The notes beneath the pieces are model-generated. The model made no database searches. It worked only from the letters and a program-made list of their open reading frames with translations, and was not told where the DNA came from. Shown one piece after another: positions 61,149 to 64,000 of a stretch of DNA of 64,000 nucleotides (the stretch's first letter is position 1; each line of letters opens with the position of its first letter). The stretch comes from an uncultured Clostridia bacterium (GTDB lineage Bacteria; Bacillota; Clostridia; Christensenellales; UBA1242), in NCBI GenBank assembly GCA_944381135.1, contig CALWJY010000001.1, positions 4,378 through 68,377 of the forward strand. The letters run 5' to 3'. Both the position numbers and the translations under genes were made by a program.

Positions 61149-62450
61149 ATGAAATTGAAAAACAAAAAAGTTTTGGTTTATGGCATGGGCGACAGCGGAC
61201 GAGCCGTCATCAAACTTCTTCACAAGTTGAATGCCTATGTCAGTTTTTATGATGACGATGTGAAATTTTATGACCAAATTGGCTTCGAACGCCGTCCTGA
61301 AGATGTTGATTGGGATTTGGTTGTGATAAGCCCGGGCATAAAGTGTCTTGGAAATCCACTTTTGAAGGTTTTTGATGAGAGAAAAATTCCGGTGATTTCA
61401 GAACTTGATTTGGCATATCTTCAAAGCAAAGGCAAGATTGTGGCAATCACAGGGACAAACGGCAAAACAACCGTCAGCATGCTGACACATCGCATTCTCA
61501 AAATGGCAGGATTTGAAACTTTTTTGTGTGGCAACATTGGGCTTCCGTTTTCATCAATATGCCAACAGACCAACAAAAACAGCATAACCGTGTGCGAGGT
61601 TTCCAACTTTCAACTTGAGCGAAGTGTTTTCTTTCGTGCAAATGTTTCGTGCATCTTGAATGTTCGGCCTGACCATTTGGACAGGCATGAAAGTTTTGCC
61701 GAATATGTGCGAGTAAAGGCTAAAATCGCACAAAATCTTAGGCGAAAAGATGTTTTGATTTTAAATTTGAATGACGAGCAAGCACGTAAATTGGTTTTGC
61801 ATAAAAATTTTCTTTTTTTCTCAAAAAATCGTCTCAAAAAAGGCGTTTATGTTTGGAAAAATCAGATTTTTGTCAACAAAAAAAGTGTTTTAAACCTTTC
61901 GGATGTTAATCTTGCGGGACAGAAGAATTTGGAAAATGTTTTGGCAAGTGTGGCAATGGCATCTCGCTTTGGTGTCGAAAAAGGTGTTTATGAAAAAGCA
62001 ATCAAGTCTTTTTCACCGCCGGCACATCGAATGGAGGTTGTCGGCAAAATGAACGGTGTCACTTTTGTTGACGACAGCAAAGCCACAAATGTTGCTTCAA
62101 CCGTTGCTTGTGTTGAGGCTTTTGGGGATAAACCAATTTGGCTTTTGCTTGGCGGGCTGGGCAAAGAAATTGCCTATGACGAAATTTTTGACTTAAAGCC
62201 AAACATAAAAAGGGTTGTTTGTTTTGGGCAAGAAGGAAATAATATGGCAAATTGTGCGAAAAAGCATGGCTGTGATTGTGCGATTTTTGATAAATTTGAT
62301 GACGCAGTCAATTTTTGCATTGAAAATGCGCAAGAAGGTGATTTTGTTTTGCTTTCGCCAGCATGTGCAAGTTTTGATGAATTTTCAAGTTATGCCGAGC
62401 GCGGTGAAAGGTTTAAATCTTTGATTTTGAGGCGCGCCGATGAAAATTGA
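61149..62450 (+). CDS. murD: UDP-MurNAc-L-Ala--D-Glu ligase
   Basis: ITGTNGKTT, EVSNFQL, DHLDRH, DDSKATN, LSPACASFD. Confidence 0.96.
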   Translation: MKLKNKKVLVYGMGDSGRAVIKLLHKLNAYVSFYDDDVKFYDQIGFERRPEDVDWDLVVISPGIKCLGNPLLKVFDERKIPVISELDLAYLQSKGKIVAITGTNGKTTVSMLTHRILKMAGFETFLCGNIGLPFSSICQQTNKNSITVCEVSNFQLERSVFFRANVSCILNVRPDHLDRHESFAEYVRVKAKIAQNLRRKDVLILNLNDEQARKLVLHKNFLFFSKNRLKKGVYVWKNQIFVNKKSVLNLSDVNLAGQKNLENVLASVAMASRFGVEKGVYEKAIKSFSPPAHRMEVVGKMNGVTFVDDSKATNVASTVACVEAFGDKPIWLLLGGLGKEIAYDEIFDLKPNIKRVVCFGQEGNNMANCAKKHGCDCAIFDKFDDAVNFCIENAQEGDFVLLSPACASFDEFSSYAERGERFKSLILRRADEN

Positions 62451-63900
62451 TTTGAAATGGAAAAAAGCATCAACCAAAAACGATGTGCAAATCACAGATG
62501 AAATTGGCAAAGAAAAAGTGGAAGAGAATTTGAAAGGAAATGCAATTTATAAAACAAAACAAAAATTGAAGAATGAACGAAAATCGACTGAATTTGGTCA
62601 AATTTTTGCCAAGAAATTTGCCAAGCAAAAAGAAAGAGTTTCAAAGCCTGAAGTTGTGCAAAAGACAAAGAAAAAAAGAGAAATAAGAGAAATAAGTTTT
62701 CTTGAAAATGCAAAATTGAGAAAATTTTTCAGTGTGTTTTCCAAGCGAGAATGGCTTGTGATTTTTCTTGTACTGTTGCTTGTTGGCTTTGGGTGTTTGA
62801 TGGTTTACAGCGCAAGTTCCTATTCGGCGGGATATCGCTATGGCAACGAATATTTCTTCCTTTTTAAGCAAATTTTTGGCGTTGTGCTTGGAATTTTTGC
62901 CATGTTTTTTCTCGCTTTTGTGGACTATCACATTTTGAAGCGGTTTAAATATTGGATTTTGGCTGTCAGTGTGATTTTGCTGATTTTGGTTTTTGTACCG
63001 GGTTTTGGCGTGCAAAGTTATGGCGCAAACCGTTGGGTGAACATTCTGGGAATTTCCATTCAACCATCAGAAATTGCCAAATTTGCATTGGTGTTATTTT
63101 TGGCGTGCTATCTTTCCGAACAGCATGACAAAATCAAGACATTTAAAGGACTAATTCCTCCGCTTTTGATTGCGGGGCTTTTGTGCCTTTTGGTCATCAT
63201 TGAGCCAAGCATGAGTGTGACAATGTGTTTGGGATGTGTGACACTTTTCATGCTTATTGTTGGAGGCATGAGCAAAAAACACACAATCATGTTTTCTTCG
63301 GTTGCTGTTGCTGCTGTTCCTCTTCTCATCATTGCAGAGCCATATCGCTTAAAACGCCTTTTTGCATTTCTTGACCCTTGGGCATCGCCACAAGGTGAGG
63401 GTTTTCAACTCATCCAATCGCTGTATGGGCTTGGCAATGGTGGCTGGTTTGGTGTGGGACTTTTTCAGTCGCGCCAAAAATATCTCTTTTTGCCGTTTGC
63501 AGAATCGGACTTCATTTTTTCAATCATAGGGGAAGAGCTGGGGTATGTTGGGTGCCTCTGCTTGATGACGGTCTATTTTGTTTTGATTTATCAACTTTTC
63601 AAAATTGGACTTAACGCAAAAGACCGTTTTGGCTGTTTGCTTTCTTGCGGAGTTGCAATCGTGATTGCTGTGCAAATGCTTTTGAACATTGCGGTTGTGA
63701 CGGGTTCAATTCCGCCAACGGGACTTCCACTCCCATTCATTTCAAGCGGTGGAACATCTGTTGCTGTTTTCATGGCAGGCGTAGGCGTGGCATTAAGTGT
63801 TTCAAGGCAAAGCAGAAAAAAGGAGAAAGAAACTTCAAATTTTGTGACACAGTTTTGGAAAAGAAAGAAAATTTTTTCAAGCAGAAGCAACACATTTTGA
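62440..63900 (+). CDS. SEDS protein FtsW/SpoVE with long basic N-terminal extension
   Basis: MVYSAS, GANRW, IQPSEIAK, SDFIFSIIGEELG, LPFISSGG; follows murD. Confidence 0.92.
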   Translation: MKIDLKWKKASTKNDVQITDEIGKEKVEENLKGNAIYKTKQKLKNERKSTEFGQIFAKKFAKQKERVSKPEVVQKTKKKREIREISFLENAKLRKFFSVFSKREWLVIFLVLLLVGFGCLMVYSASSYSAGYRYGNEYFFLFKQIFGVVLGIFAMFFLAFVDYHILKRFKYWILAVSVILLILVFVPGFGVQSYGANRWVNILGISIQPSEIAKFALVLFLACYLSEQHDKIKTFKGLIPPLLIAGLLCLLVIIEPSMSVTMCLGCVTLFMLIVGGMSKKHTIMFSSVAVAAVPLLIIAEPYRLKRLFAFLDPWASPQGEGFQLIQSLYGLGNGGWFGVGLFQSRQKYLFLPFAESDFIFSIIGEELGYVGCLCLMTVYFVLIYQLFKIGLNAKDRFGCLLSCGVAIVIAVQMLLNIAVVTGSIPPTGLPLPFISSGGTSVAVFMAGVGVALSVSRQSRKKEKETSNFVTQFWKRKKIFSSRSNTF

Positions 63901-63950
63901 TTGACTTCGCTTGAAAATGTTTTTAAAATAAAAAACATAGGAGAAAATTT

Positions 63951-64000
63951 ATGAATGAATATCTCTATGCTTTAAATCTGAAAAATGAATTGGAAAAGTT
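63951..64000 (+). CDS. start of the next gene (3'-partial, unidentified)
   Basis: AGGAG RBS, then ATG with an open frame to the window end (MNEYLYALNLKNELEK). Confidence 0.5.
   Translation, partial: MNEYLYALNLKNELEK

Overview
Core-genome window from an AT-rich, apparently streamlined, spore-forming Clostridia-type (Bacillota) bacterium. Almost all genes are on the + strand, in this order: miaB-mutS-mutL-miaA-ynbB; a pared-down sporulation/segregation block (spoIIM-like, dacF, scpA, scpB, micro-ORF, spoIVFB); a membrane class III nucleotide cyclase; RNA-modification genes (mnmA, SAM methyltransferase, RluA, tlyA, tadA, rlmH) interspersed with pepF and two CPBP proteases; rpsB-tsf-frr-uppS-cdsA-rseP; a PolC-derived exonuclease with no polymerase domain; rimP-nusA-ylxR-L7Ae-infB-rbfA-DHH-truB; endonuclease IV-like, efp, lepA, hemW; ylxM-ffh-rpsP-KH-rimM-trmD-rbgA-yraN; ddl-murE-mraY-murD-ftsW/spoVE. 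I saw no rRNA, tRNA, CRISPR array, transposase or prophage. The most notable observations are: (1) a PolC N-terminal+OB+DEDDh protein at the polC locus whose PHP half is replaced by a short linker with a clamp-binding-like motif; (2) a dispersed structured repeat with compensatory base changes that begins at stop codons; (3) a thymidine-kinase-like pseudoenzyme fused to a DUF6508-like domain; (4) many genes that appear leaderless; (5) a TRAM-less MiaB, a transmembrane-only micro-ORF in the spoIVFA position, and a Cys/Pro-rich small protein with a SigK-like promoter. All calls come from reading motifs and gene order by eye; no searches were run.
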